A stretch of 64,000 nucleotides of DNA from Verrucomicrobiota bacterium (lineage in GTDB: Bacteria > Verrucomicrobiota > Verrucomicrobiia > Limisphaerales > AAA164-E04), in NCBI GenBank assembly GCA_047947115.1, contig CP170459.1:3840001-3904000 (forward strand). The letters run 5' to 3'. Under the pieces are notes generated by a model that was not told where the DNA came from, made no database searches, and was given only the letters and a program-made list of their open reading frames with translations. Position 1 is the stretch's first letter. Each line of letters begins with the position of its first letter. Made by a program: the position numbers and the translations under genes. Below are positions 51,798 through 61,975 of the stretch, in pieces.

Positions 51798-52841
51798 TCA
51801 GTCCCTCACCCTGTAGAAGCGCTTGTGTGCCTGTCCATCCAGATCAGTGATGGCCACACCTGAAGCAGTGGCAGTGACATCCATCCAGAACCGCCAAGGA
51901 CCATCTGGGCTGTCAGCCACATCGATGGTCTTCACAGAGCCTTCCTCACCCTGAACCATGATCACTGGGGCCATGCGGATGGAGGGCTGAATCGGGATCA
52001 GTGGATGTTCTGCAGATAGGCCTGATGGGTTAGGTCCCCAGTTGCCGTCCAAATAGAGTGCTAGGCAATTTTGACCGCCAATCTCGATAGCATTTTTGCC
52101 TGAGGTAAATTCTTCAGGAATGCGAACGGACCTCAGTTCATAACAATGGGCAAAAGCGTCAAAACCGATAACTGACACCCCGTCTTCTATGGTTACAGCC
52201 ACCAAATTTGGGCATTCGTCAAAAGCACCGACGCCTATCTCCGTTACCGTTCCTGGGATAGTAACTGATGCCAACCAAGATCTCCAAAAGGCCTCACCCA
52301 CAATCGTCGTCACACTACTCGGAATCGTTACAGACTCCAGAAATGGGCAATCGGCAAAGGCTCGGTGGCCAATTGAGACAACACCCTCAGGTATGACTAC
52401 AGACTCAAGTCTCGCCATTTGGAATGCCATCTGCTCGATGACTCGCAACGAACTCGGCAATCTCATTGAGCGAACACCACACGACTGAAATGCCTGCAGT
52501 CCAATGGTATGAACACTGTCTGGAATCGTTACAGACCTCAGAGAAAGTGAATAAGCAAATGCGGATTGCCCAATAGTAGTTAGCGTTTCGGGCAAAATAA
52601 CGCTCGTTAACAGGGGATTTGTGCGCCTGAAAGCAGATACTCCAATTGTAGTCACTGGAAACCCCTCAATCTCTGAAGGGACCACTAGCTCGCCCTCAGG
52701 CTCCTGCGAGCAATTGGTGATCGTCACCTCACCATCAGAAATACTGTAAGTCAGGCCACCGAGTGTGCCAGCACGGACGCTGGAGCTAAGAACTGAAAGA
52801 ACCAATACCAACCAGATGGAATGCATTACGGGCTTTTTCAT
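51798..52841 (-). CDS. BspA-like leucine-rich-repeat (LRR_5) surface protein
   Basis: Signal peptide; repeated SVTIPxSVxTIGxxAF; C-terminal ...KRFYRVRD. Confidence 0.9.
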   Translation of the reverse strand: MKKPVMHSIWLVLVLSVLSSSVRAGTLGGLTYSISDGEVTITNCSQEPEGELVVPSEIEGFPVTTIGVSAFRRTNPLLTSVILPETLTTIGQSAFAYSLSLRSVTIPDSVHTIGLQAFQSCGVRSMRLPSSLRVIEQMAFQMARLESVVIPEGVVSIGHRAFADCPFLESVTIPSSVTTIVGEAFWRSWLASVTIPGTVTEIGVGAFDECPNLVAVTIEDGVSVIGFDAFAHCYELRSVRIPEEFTSGKNAIEIGGQNCLALYLDGNWGPNPSGLSAEHPLIPIQPSIRMAPVIMVQGEEGSVKTIDVADSPDGPWRFWMDVTATASGVAITDLDGQAHKRFYRVRD

Positions 52842-53333
52842 GATGGCCGAGTTTTACCACAGGTGATGCTGAAAACTCAACACTGAGACCAACGAGTGAC
52901 AGCGTAACTACTCCCTCACGAACGAAGGACCAGTTGTTCAACGTAAGCGGATTACCGGAGTCCCCCTGAATGATACTGTCAATTCAGATGGGATTGCTTA
53001 ATTTGGAGTGTTCGCTTACCTGTTTGCGGTCAAGCTGCACTGGATGTAGCTATCAACAGCACTCCAGCGGTGTTCGCACCTCCAAGGCGGCAGCAGGCCA
53101 AAATTTCCAGTTGTGGGATGCATAAAACAGCCTCAAAAACCCAAAATGGGTTTTTATTACTACTTTTTACTACATCTAACCCTTAAAAGTCGGATTCTGG
53201 CATGGGCTGGGCGCTGGAACGCAAGGTGTGGGGGAGCCGTTTCTGCTCCTAGCGCCAGTGGAGCTTAAACCATTGTTCAAAACTATAACGATACAGTTTT
53301 GAGTTTCGATGCAATATTCGATATGCTTTCAGC

Positions 53334-53777
53334 ATGTCTTCTCTACCACTGGACATCAGACGACAAGCCAAGGAACTAATTGAAGCCGGTAAATCATCCC
53401 AGGAGATTGGCTCTCTTTTGGATATCAAACCAGGCACCGTTCGTGAGTGGAAACGACGTTATATGTGGGACGGCCCTGACGGATCTGATCGACAGTGTGC
53501 TGATGACCTGGACGACGACCAGCTACCTGCCGAATATGAGCGGGTCATGTCCACGGACGTCATGGAAACACTACACTGGATCCGCCGTATGCCAATGCCG
53601 CGCCGCATGGATGCAATCCTTAAACGAGAACGAGCATTGGAAATGCTCTCCAAGCGAGCTGAGCGGGTTATCGGCGGTTTGGCCCGGGCACATGGACAGC
53701 AGAACAAGTTGATTCAGGTGAACGCTGTGACCGCGATTCTAAGCTCTCACGAAAACTCCGGGTGTGATGTGACTTGA
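53334..53777 (+). CDS. HTH protein resembling the N-terminus of a phage terminase small subunit
   Basis: RRQAKELIEAGKSSQEIGSLLDIKPGTVREWKRRYMW followed by a helical region; adjacent to attR. Confidence 0.6.
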   Translation: MSSLPLDIRRQAKELIEAGKSSQEIGSLLDIKPGTVREWKRRYMWDGPDGSDRQCADDLDDDQLPAEYERVMSTDVMETLHWIRRMPMPRRMDAILKRERALEMLSKRAERVIGGLARAHGQQNKLIQVNAVTAILSSHENSGCDVT

Positions 53778-54037
53778 TTACTTAATTGGGATTGGTCACG
53801 TAACAATAGAGATATACCCTTGATTTTTCAGGTCTATGTGGGGTCCATTTGAAATTTGTTGTCCTGTATTTTTTTGGGGGGGGGCAGATTTATTAAACAA
53901 TTCTAATTGACAAAAAATTGACCTCTATTTTGAGCATTCGTTTCAATTTAATTCTACTAATTTCCATCAATGATTCCGCAAGTAGTTGAAAAAGCAACAC
54001 ATTGCGTAAATTGACAATAGGATGGAATTAATTGGAT

Positions 54038-54103
54038 ACGGTTTGCTAAACCGTCGTCGTGGGATAACTGCGACCGCGGGTTCGAATCCCGCTCTCTCCG
54101 CCA
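54038..54103 (+). repeat. attR (duplicated 3' end of tRNA-Ser)
   Basis: Perfect 66-bp copy of 8281-8346; the tRNA 5' part is absent. Confidence 0.95.
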
Positions 54104-54753
54104 CTTTTTACTTCTTCTTCTTTTAGTTCATGCGCTTGAAGGGTTGCTTAAACTGCTCTGTGTGATTTCTTTTCCGTATCCGTATCGCCTGCTATTCCAA
54201 ATTCTTGCAAAAAACCCATACACAACCTATACTTATTTTGGTGTGAGAAGACAGCTTGAAAAGTTGAATCATCGTGGAGTGACCACCGTGAACGGCTCAA
54301 TGCCCTGGGCAACATAACTCACAGGGTAAAGCGTCCCTTGAAATGGTTCAACCGTCTCGCTTTCCGCCAGTTCATGACCAAGAAGGAAACCAAGATTGTT
54401 GGAATATTTTCCGAAATTCCCAACAGCCATACTGCTATCCTTGGACCAAGATGTTGACGTGATTTTTCCTGCGACAACACGGTCAAATTTTCTTTTTGAG
54501 ATAAATATTCTTCTGACGCTGAAATTTTTTGACACCGCAGCTTCATTTTTTACGCATATAAGAGTGTAGGGATATGATGTTCATCCCAAGTTGCCATCAA
54601 TTTGTCAAAAAGTAATCACTCTCCCATTGCCGCTTGACACTAAACAACAGCAGAGAAACTCCTTTACAAGGAGAGTCGGTGATCGTGCGGGAAATGGGCT
54701 TTGTATCCATCACCAGTGGAGTGTTTCACTAAAAACGTTGCAGATAGGAAAGC

Positions 54754-55212
54754 ATGAACGACTACGCGCTAAAGACCCTTAAAACCAGTGTGCTTCTCTT
54801 CAATGAATGGCGCCTGCATCAACACTTGGATTTTTTAGATATTGCAGCTGCAGACCTGTCAGATATGGATTTGAGTGGAATTGACTTCAGAAATGTAGTT
54901 CTTAAAGGCGCAAACTTAAAGGGTTCAGACCTGACCGATGCTCATTTAACAAGATCAGATTTAACGGGAGCTTGTCTGCAGGGCGCTATTTTGAAAGACT
55001 CACACGCAAGTGCCGCGGACTTTACGCAGGCAGATTTAAGCGGAGCAAATTTACAGAATGCTCACCTTTGTGATTCCATATTTCGGGGCGCCAATATGGA
55101 AAGAGCCAACCTGAAGGGTGCCCACATCACAGGTGCTTCCTTCCAAGGTGCCAATCTAGAAAACGTGAATCTAGAGGAAGCATTTGACCGGCCATGTGCC
55201 TCTGCTGAGTAG
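54754..55212 (+). CDS. Pentapeptide repeat protein
   Basis: A(D/N)LxG repeats throughout. Confidence 0.9.
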   Translation: MNDYALKTLKTSVLLFNEWRLHQHLDFLDIAAADLSDMDLSGIDFRNVVLKGANLKGSDLTDAHLTRSDLTGACLQGAILKDSHASAADFTQADLSGANLQNAHLCDSIFRGANMERANLKGAHITGASFQGANLENVNLEEAFDRPCASAE

Positions 55213-55439
55213 GAAAGTTCTATACATTGAGCACCAAAAAAAATGTCAAATTTCATGGTTGGCTTTTTTTCTTAAAAAAGTGAACCCGTGGTGTCGATAG
55301 CCTTTGGATTGGTCCTCATCGCAACCGTCAGTCCAGGCTTCCTGCTGGATCGGCTTCGCTGGAAGCCGGTATCCGTAATGGCGACCTATTCGAATGCCAT
55401 CCATCTATCTCACAAAATGATGATCACATTAACTAGCCA

Positions 55440-56696
55440 TCACGTCATGGATAATCCCGTAAGCGTCCCCGTACTCGAGCCGAACGTGTCTGCCTCGATT
55501 CCCAGACGTTGGAGCATGTTGACGTAAAGATCGCAGAGCGGGGGCGGGTTCTCCGGTGCGAAGTGTAGATGCTGCCCGTGTTTGAAACCACCACCAGCGA
55601 GAAATACGGGCAGGTTTTTGGTCGAGTGGCTGCTGGCGTCGCCAAGATTGCTGCCCAGGAAGACGGTTGTTCGGTCAAGAAGGGTAGCCTCATCTTCCCT
55701 GGATTGGTGCAGCTTGGCGAGTAGGTCTCGAACAGTTTTCATCGCCTCGATTTCGACAATCTTGAGTTGTGCGAGCTTGCCTGGATCCTTGCCATGGTGC
55801 GAAAGATCATGATGACCCAGATTGACGCCTTCGATCGGTGGCGAGGCGGTTGAACCGGCGAGCATGATGGTGATGAGCCGTGTCGAGTCTGTCTGGAGGG
55901 CGAGATGAGTGAGGTCGAAGAGGAGGCGTGTGCGTCCGATCAGATCGGCTGGGTTAGGAATGTCTTTTGGCGGAGCAACATCCACTTTGGGTTTCGGCTT
56001 CTTGGCCCAATTGCGGTCGCTCACCAATTGCCGTTCCAGCTCTCGGATGCTTGTGAGGTATTCGTCGAGTTTACTGCGATCCTCAGAGCCGAGATCGTTG
56101 CTCAAAGAGTTGACCTGTTCGCGAACGTCATCAAGGATGCTGCGCCCGTCTTCCAGATGACGCAGTTGTTCTCGTTTCTGGGCGGGAGTCCCTTCTAGAA
56201 ACAACCTGCTGAACACCCTGTATGGCGAATCATCCGAAGGGATGAGAGCGCCCGTCCGAGTCCAACTGAGCCCGCCGGCTCCATTACCCGCTAACGCCAG
56301 GCTGGGCACCCGCGTTTGAGCTCCGATGTGATCCGCTGCGAACTGATCGAGAGAAATGGTGTTGCGAAATCCGGGCCGGCCCGCTCCGGGAACGCCGGTG
56401 AGGAAGCTGGCTGACGCCTGGTGCCCGAACGACGAACTCATTCCTGCGTGCTCCAAACCGGAAATGACGGTGAATTGATCCCGGTAATCCTTGACGATCT
56501 CAAGGTAAGGCGAGAGTTCGTAATCCTGACCAGTCGTCTTGGGTATAAAGTAGTCCGGGTGCAATCCCAATGGGGCGCAAATGCAGACCATGCGACGTGG
56601 CGGTTTGTTTACCCCCCGGGCGGCAAACGCCTCCAACCAAGGTAGTGCAAGGGAAATGCCGGTGGCGCGTAGAAAGTGGCGGCGATTGATATGCAT
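55440..56696 (-). CDS. DUF1552 domain protein
   Basis: RRHFLRATGISLALPWLEA; LDEYLTSIRELE; LALQTDSTR; HHDLSHH. Confidence 0.88.
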   Translation of the reverse strand: MHINRRHFLRATGISLALPWLEAFAARGVNKPPRRMVCICAPLGLHPDYFIPKTTGQDYELSPYLEIVKDYRDQFTVISGLEHAGMSSSFGHQASASFLTGVPGAGRPGFRNTISLDQFAADHIGAQTRVPSLALAGNGAGGLSWTRTGALIPSDDSPYRVFSRLFLEGTPAQKREQLRHLEDGRSILDDVREQVNSLSNDLGSEDRSKLDEYLTSIRELERQLVSDRNWAKKPKPKVDVAPPKDIPNPADLIGRTRLLFDLTHLALQTDSTRLITIMLAGSTASPPIEGVNLGHHDLSHHGKDPGKLAQLKIVEIEAMKTVRDLLAKLHQSREDEATLLDRTTVFLGSNLGDASSHSTKNLPVFLAGGGFKHGQHLHFAPENPPPLCDLYVNMLQRLGIEADTFGSSTGTLTGLSMT

Positions 56697-56714
56697 GGGA
56701 TCAATATGATGAGG

Positions 56715-59135
56715 TTATTTGCTCCTGAAAAGTTTGCTCTGCACGACATCGTGAATCAAGGACCGGAACCTAAAGTCCTTTTCGCGGGCGCGACCAACGA
56801 TACGTTCGATTTCCGGCTTATCCAGTGGCGTTGGTTTCGCCCCGGTTGCGTAGGAGAGTAACTTTTCGGTAAGGTTTCTGGCCAGTTGATCCTTGTCGTT
56901 CAACAAAAGCAGCTTGTAATCATCGATATTTTCAAAGCGTCGTCCATCGGGCAAGACACCGGTGGAATCGACAGGCGGACCTTTGATCACCCGACGCGAA
57001 TCTTCACGAAGGACACGATAATGATCGCGCCAAGCACCGGTCACATCAAAGCTTTCCAAGGCGAAGCCCGGTGGATCAATTTCGCGATGACATCGAGCGC
57101 AGCTTTCGACGTTGCGATGCTTGGCGAGCTGTTCGCGAATCGTCGTTGCGCCCCGTATGTCGGGCTCAATCGCTCCGATGTCCGGTGGTGGTTTCGGGGA
57201 CGGGGTTCCAAGAATGCGCTCCAGTAACCAGGCTCCTCGCAGGACTGGTGAGGTCGTGGTGCCATTGGCGGTCACTTTCAGAACGCTGGACATCGTTATG
57301 ACGCCTCCGCGATGACTCCCGGGCGGCAAGGCCACTTTGCGCATGTGCGCTCCCTCGACTCCCTCTATACCGTAATGCTTTGCGAGTCGAGCGTTGAGGA
57401 AAGTGAAATCGGAGGACACGAAATTCGTCAGACTCAGGTCATGTTTCAGTACTTCTTCAAAAAATAATCTGGGCTCTTTGAGCGAAGCTGTCTTGAGAAC
57501 GTCATCATACTCACGATAAAGCGTTCGATCGGGCATTGTGTCGTCGATGGCGCGTAGGCTCAGCCATTGGCCGGTGAAGTTTTCCGTGAATGAGTTCGCC
57601 TTGGGATCATCCAACATTCTCTCAACTTGCTGATGCAGCACGGCAGGTTCGTTCAATTTTTTAGCTTGAGCCAGTCCCAACAATTCCTCGTCCGGCATGG
57701 AACTCCACAGAAAGTAGGACAGGCGACTAGCCAACGCGTCGTCATCCAGCCGATGGGTGTTCGGTGAGTTCTTTTCACGCAGAAACAGGAAATCCGGCGA
57801 AACCATGATGCTCTTGAGGCCGACTCTCATGGCTTGCTCGAACGAGTAGCCCTCTTTCAATCGCGATTGAACCCGTCGTAGAAACGGCTTTATGTCCTGG
57901 TCCGTTACCGCGCGTCGAAACGCACGCCGAGCAAAACTTTTCAGGATGCGTTCTGCATCTGCCACTGGCTGCTGCGACACCACCTCAAGCCGGTCCGGAT
58001 CGTCGGCGCTTGGCACGCGCTCCCGAGGCATGTCACCAAAGATCGACTTGTGACTCGGCGGCGGCCAGGACTCCAACAACGGACCTTCCACTTCGACCCA
58101 TTGAATGGCGAGCCCGGGCCCTTTGTAATGGTCGGCGCCAACCTTTTCCACCTCCGGGGGCAGTGCCGGCAGTCCGTCGGCGATGATGCGAAGGCGGTTT
58201 TCGGGCTCGAGCTGCTCGACGAATTCGAGCACCGTCGGTTTGTCCGCGGGGAAGGAGAAATAGTCGATGAGACGTTCCTCGGTCACCTCTTTGAACGTTC
58301 CGGCGTTGACATGGAAATCGACCGGCTTGCCGCCGCTTTGATAGCCATAGCCGGAGATCCTGACGCGATACTTGCCTCGAAAGTGGGTGAACATGTTCCA
58401 CATAGTCACACGGATGTTTGCAGACTCCCAAACCGCGAAGATGGCGACGCCATCGTCCACGTGGCGATAGACGCTGCCGGTCTTGGCGATCGATTTCTCT
58501 TTTCTTAGATCGAATCGCTTGTTCAGCTTCCAAGGCTCACCCTTGTTGGCAATAGCCGCGTCGAGCACACGGTCCGCGGCCGCCAAGTAATTTCGAAGCA
58601 AGAATGAAGACGTATGCATCGCTTTGGCGTTATTATCGAAGCCGCTGGTAGAGGTGTTAGATGGAAGCAAGTCGTTTAAGTCGACGTCCACGTGCAGTAA
58701 ATCCCTAACAGTATTGATGTATTCCGACTGATTGAGGCGCCGCAGAACCACCCGGCCTTCCGCAGCCCTCTGTGCAATCTCCGCGGTCTTAGCCTTTTGG
58801 CGAATCATCTCAACTACGTCCTGAACGCTCTGTAGCGGTGGGCGGGCTTCCTTCTCCGGGGGCATGTCTGCCGCTTCGAGTTGCTCCATCACTGCCAACC
58901 ACATCTCACGATTCTGCCGGTCAGCGAAGTCTCCAGATAGACTTTCGACTCGGAAATCGCCCTTGGCTTCGTTCCCGCTGTGACATTTCTGGCAGTGCGA
59001 TTCAAAGAGAAGCTGTGCCTGTTTGTCCACCTGCGCGTTTGCTGCAAACGTTACGAACACCGCCAATGCACCCACTACTAAGTTCCACCTCATTCCGCGA
59101 GATTCCTGGTTCTGTGGTATGAATTGTAACAACAC
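56715..59135 (-). CDS. Planctomycete cytochrome c / DUF1592-DUF1588 family protein
   Basis: CQKCH and CARCH haem motifs; RRLNQSEY; ASRLSYFLWSSMPD; TSPVLRG. Confidence 0.9.
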   Translation of the reverse strand: MLLQFIPQNQESRGMRWNLVVGALAVFVTFAANAQVDKQAQLLFESHCQKCHSGNEAKGDFRVESLSGDFADRQNREMWLAVMEQLEAADMPPEKEARPPLQSVQDVVEMIRQKAKTAEIAQRAAEGRVVLRRLNQSEYINTVRDLLHVDVDLNDLLPSNTSTSGFDNNAKAMHTSSFLLRNYLAAADRVLDAAIANKGEPWKLNKRFDLRKEKSIAKTGSVYRHVDDGVAIFAVWESANIRVTMWNMFTHFRGKYRVRISGYGYQSGGKPVDFHVNAGTFKEVTEERLIDYFSFPADKPTVLEFVEQLEPENRLRIIADGLPALPPEVEKVGADHYKGPGLAIQWVEVEGPLLESWPPPSHKSIFGDMPRERVPSADDPDRLEVVSQQPVADAERILKSFARRAFRRAVTDQDIKPFLRRVQSRLKEGYSFEQAMRVGLKSIMVSPDFLFLREKNSPNTHRLDDDALASRLSYFLWSSMPDEELLGLAQAKKLNEPAVLHQQVERMLDDPKANSFTENFTGQWLSLRAIDDTMPDRTLYREYDDVLKTASLKEPRLFFEEVLKHDLSLTNFVSSDFTFLNARLAKHYGIEGVEGAHMRKVALPPGSHRGGVITMSSVLKVTANGTTTSPVLRGAWLLERILGTPSPKPPPDIGAIEPDIRGATTIREQLAKHRNVESCARCHREIDPPGFALESFDVTGAWRDHYRVLREDSRRVIKGPPVDSTGVLPDGRRFENIDDYKLLLLNDKDQLARNLTEKLLSYATGAKPTPLDKPEIERIVGRAREKDFRFRSLIHDVVQSKLFRSK

Positions 59136-59550
59136 ATGCGATCAAGTGGGGATTGTAATTTCTCCAACAAACTGGACATTTGTTTTATCAGGTCATCGAG
59201 TGATTTAATGAATTCTATTCATAGCATTCTGAAAATGCCATTCCCAGCAAGCTGAGACGACAGCACGATGGTAGTAAATCTTGAGCTATTCTAACAAGGT
59301 TCGTTTTGCTTTTCAACAGGAGGCGAATCTACCACTTTCGGACAAGGTCCCGATTTTGAGGCTGATCCAAATTATTTACCACAGCGAAGTGCTGAGGCCC
59401 GCCAAACCCATCAGATTCGCCACCGCAGTGGACCCTCTCAAACCGCGTTCTGAAATCAAACTTAGCTTATTGAGCGTTGAAATTTATCAGTATACTAGCA
59501 CAGATATCCAACTATGTCTTGTTGAATCGGGCAGCCCTTTATTTCCAGAA

Positions 59551-61195
59551 CACGGCTTTTTTCTCGGCGAGTCTTTCTTGTTGATAATAAAGGGAATCAA
59601 TTTTTGCTAGACTCAATTGCCTGATTTTGCCATGGTAGTCGGGTATGAGCAGCTCTGAAAACCTCATCTCAAAACAGCAAATTAGGGTTCAAGTCCTTTC
59701 CCCCAATCAGCGGAGTCGATTTAACCAACTCTTAACAAAGCACCATTATTTGGGGACAACTCCGCCAGTTGGCGACTTCATTGAACAGGTTGTCCTGTGT
59801 GATGGTAAGTGGGCGGCTTTGCTGATCTGGGGACCAGCTGCACTCAAGCTTAAGGATCGAGAACGGTGGATTGGTTGGAATCCTCTACAACGAGCCGAAC
59901 GCTTAAAACTGGTGGTTCAAAACAGACGCTTTCTACTTCTCCACAAAAAGGGAACTCAACCACATCTCGCTTCCCGAGCACTCGCAGCAGCCTGCAAGCA
60001 TTTACCTGCGCAATGGCATGAACGGTTTGGATATCGCCCCCTGATCGCAGAAACATTCACCGATCCTGAACAGTTCCAGGGCACTTGCTATAAAGCCAGT
60101 GGATGGGACGCTGTAGGCATGAGTCAGGGGAGTCGCAGAGACCATGTCGATTTCTATGTCGATGAAAAACACCCCAAGCGTCTTTGGCTTAAAGAAATTT
60201 GTCCCAAAGCTCAAAAAATCATTACATCCTCGCAACTGCCGCAGCAATTCACTGAGGCTACAGTAGCCGCAGCCAATGGCATCCTCCCATTGCCACCGGC
60301 CTCTCAGCGCAGTCTTTTTGAAACATTTCAAAAAGTCAAAGATCCCCGTCGTTCCAACAATCGTTTTCCTATCGGATCGGTGCTCACCCTCATTGCCATG
60401 GCTTTGTTGAGCGGCGCTAAACAGATTTCCGAGATCGCTCGTTTCGCTCAGCGATTGCGCTCCAACCAACGTGCCCAGCTCAGGCTGCCACTCAAACGAG
60501 GAACTCGTCGTTTCTATCAAGTTCCCAGCTACAGTGTTTTTTATCAATTATTTACCCGCATCGATCCCGAAGAGTTCGCCAGCATGTTGAGCGACTGGCT
60601 CACGCAAGATGAAGGGCATCGTCCAGGAGTGCTGGCCTTGGATGGAAAAATGATTCGTGATGTCATCGGCACCGTCACGCTGGCCAATGTGGAAGATGGT
60701 TCCCCAAGGGCTATGACCATCATGGATCAAAAGGAAGACACTGATAGATGCGAACTCAAAGCAGCACAAGAACTGCTCAAGGCTCAGCCCAGTTTAGATG
60801 GAGTCACAGTGACAGCGGATCCATTGCATTGTCAAAAACAGAGCGCACGTATCATCGCCGAAAAGTGAGTCAAGAAACGCGCTACTACTTTTTCCAGTCA
60901 CTATGATTTTGAACGCAGCAGTGAAGAATGGATCAACTTAATTCGCCAACACTGGGCTGGAGTGGAAAGCCGCAGCCATTGGCGACGGGATGCGACCATA
61001 GGAGAGGATCGCACTCGGCTGAATAATCCAAATGCGCTGGCTAACCTGGCATTGATCCGCAATCTCAACCTCCATGTTCTGGCAAGGCAGTCTTGGGATG
61101 GTTGGTTGCCTGGTTTGATTGAAAGATTGATCTCCAATCCTGCAGAAACTTTAAACATGCACAAAGCGTGCTAACCCTTAAAACAAAAAACCGTG
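59551..61195 (+). mobile_element. ISAs1-family element with a 10-bp target duplication
   Basis: IRs CACGG(C/T)TTTTT; ATTTCCAGAA at 59541-59550 and 61196-61205. Confidence 0.88.
59645..61174 (+). pseudogene. DUF4338-ISAs1 transposase fusion, internally deleted
   Basis: HHYLG...ETFTDP..F.GTCYKASGW (DUF4338-like); DPRR, LDGK, TADPLHCQ; stop at 60868, then RQHW.GVE...WRRD...ED in another frame. Confidence 0.8.
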
Positions 61196-61975
61196 ATTTC
61201 CAGAAGAAGTATTTCCATTGATCAAACTCGATGAACCAGGGGAATGGAATCTGTTGGCCGCCCCTGTATCGAATGGAACAGGGAATGCTACTTTGAAGCT
61301 GCTTGCATCGGACGGCTTTCAAACAACTACTGGGACCATTAGGGTCGAAGTGCGGCCTATAAACGACCGCCCTGTCATCGAAGGATTGCCCGATCGCCTT
61401 GAAGTCGGAAGGAACGGCATTTTGATTCCGTTTAACATCACAGACATCGAAACAAAGAGTGATTCTCTGACCGTATTGATATCCGCAAAGCAGCAATTCA
61501 GGCGATTGGAAGAATATTTTGTCATTGAGCGAAATGGACCTCAATTTCAACTGAGAATCATTGCTGATGATGATGTGCAGGGAGAGGTTTTGCTGCGTTT
61601 GATCGTTCTGGATGGTGAAGGGGGATCTGTAGAACATATCTCCAATGTGAAATTTTTGGATTCAGAGGAAGTGAGCTCGCAGATTCAATTCGAACGCCTG
61701 CCAAATAACCAATTGCGGTTGACGTGGGAAGGCGATCTGCAACTTTTTTCAACCCCAGATTTGCATCAACCATTCCAAGCGGTGCCAGCCGCTGCCAGTC
61801 CATTTGACGTTTCTATGGATCAAAATCAATTCTATATACTGCGTTCTGAAAATACCTTCCCTTAATCTCCTTACTGTCATTGTTGGTAAACGGTGACCTT
61901 GTTACTGCTTGCTTTTTCACTGGTAATCCAGCCACTCATCGCTTTTTCCTTTCGTTTGATCGTTGTGTGGGGTAG

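Larger units (their letters stand above)
8347..54103. mobile_element. Genomic island integrated at tRNA-Ser(GCT), ~45.8 kb
   Basis: 66-bp direct repeat at both ends, integrase adjacent to attL, IS-rich accessory cargo. Confidence 0.93.
59281..61865 (+). pseudogene. Ig/cadherin-like secreted protein gene interrupted by ISAs1
   Basis: ...SPLFPE | EVFPLIKLDEPG rejoin in frame; VRPINDRP and ITDIET cadherin-like motifs; the 5' end looks incomplete. Confidence 0.65.

Noticed and set aside
49300..52920. Integron cassette array (attC sites)
   Set aside because: The repeat lacks clear RYYYAAC/GTTRRRY boxes and palindromy, and there is no IntI.
54038..54103. Second tRNA-Ser gene
   Set aside because: It lacks the 5' acceptor strand and D-arm; it is attR.
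8347..54103. Intact prophage or ICE
   Set aside because: No capsid, portal, large terminase, tail, relaxase or T4SS genes are recognisable.
59645..60300. Druantia defence system
   Set aside because: DUF4338 is fused to a transposase within IS ends; no DruE helicase or other dru genes are present.
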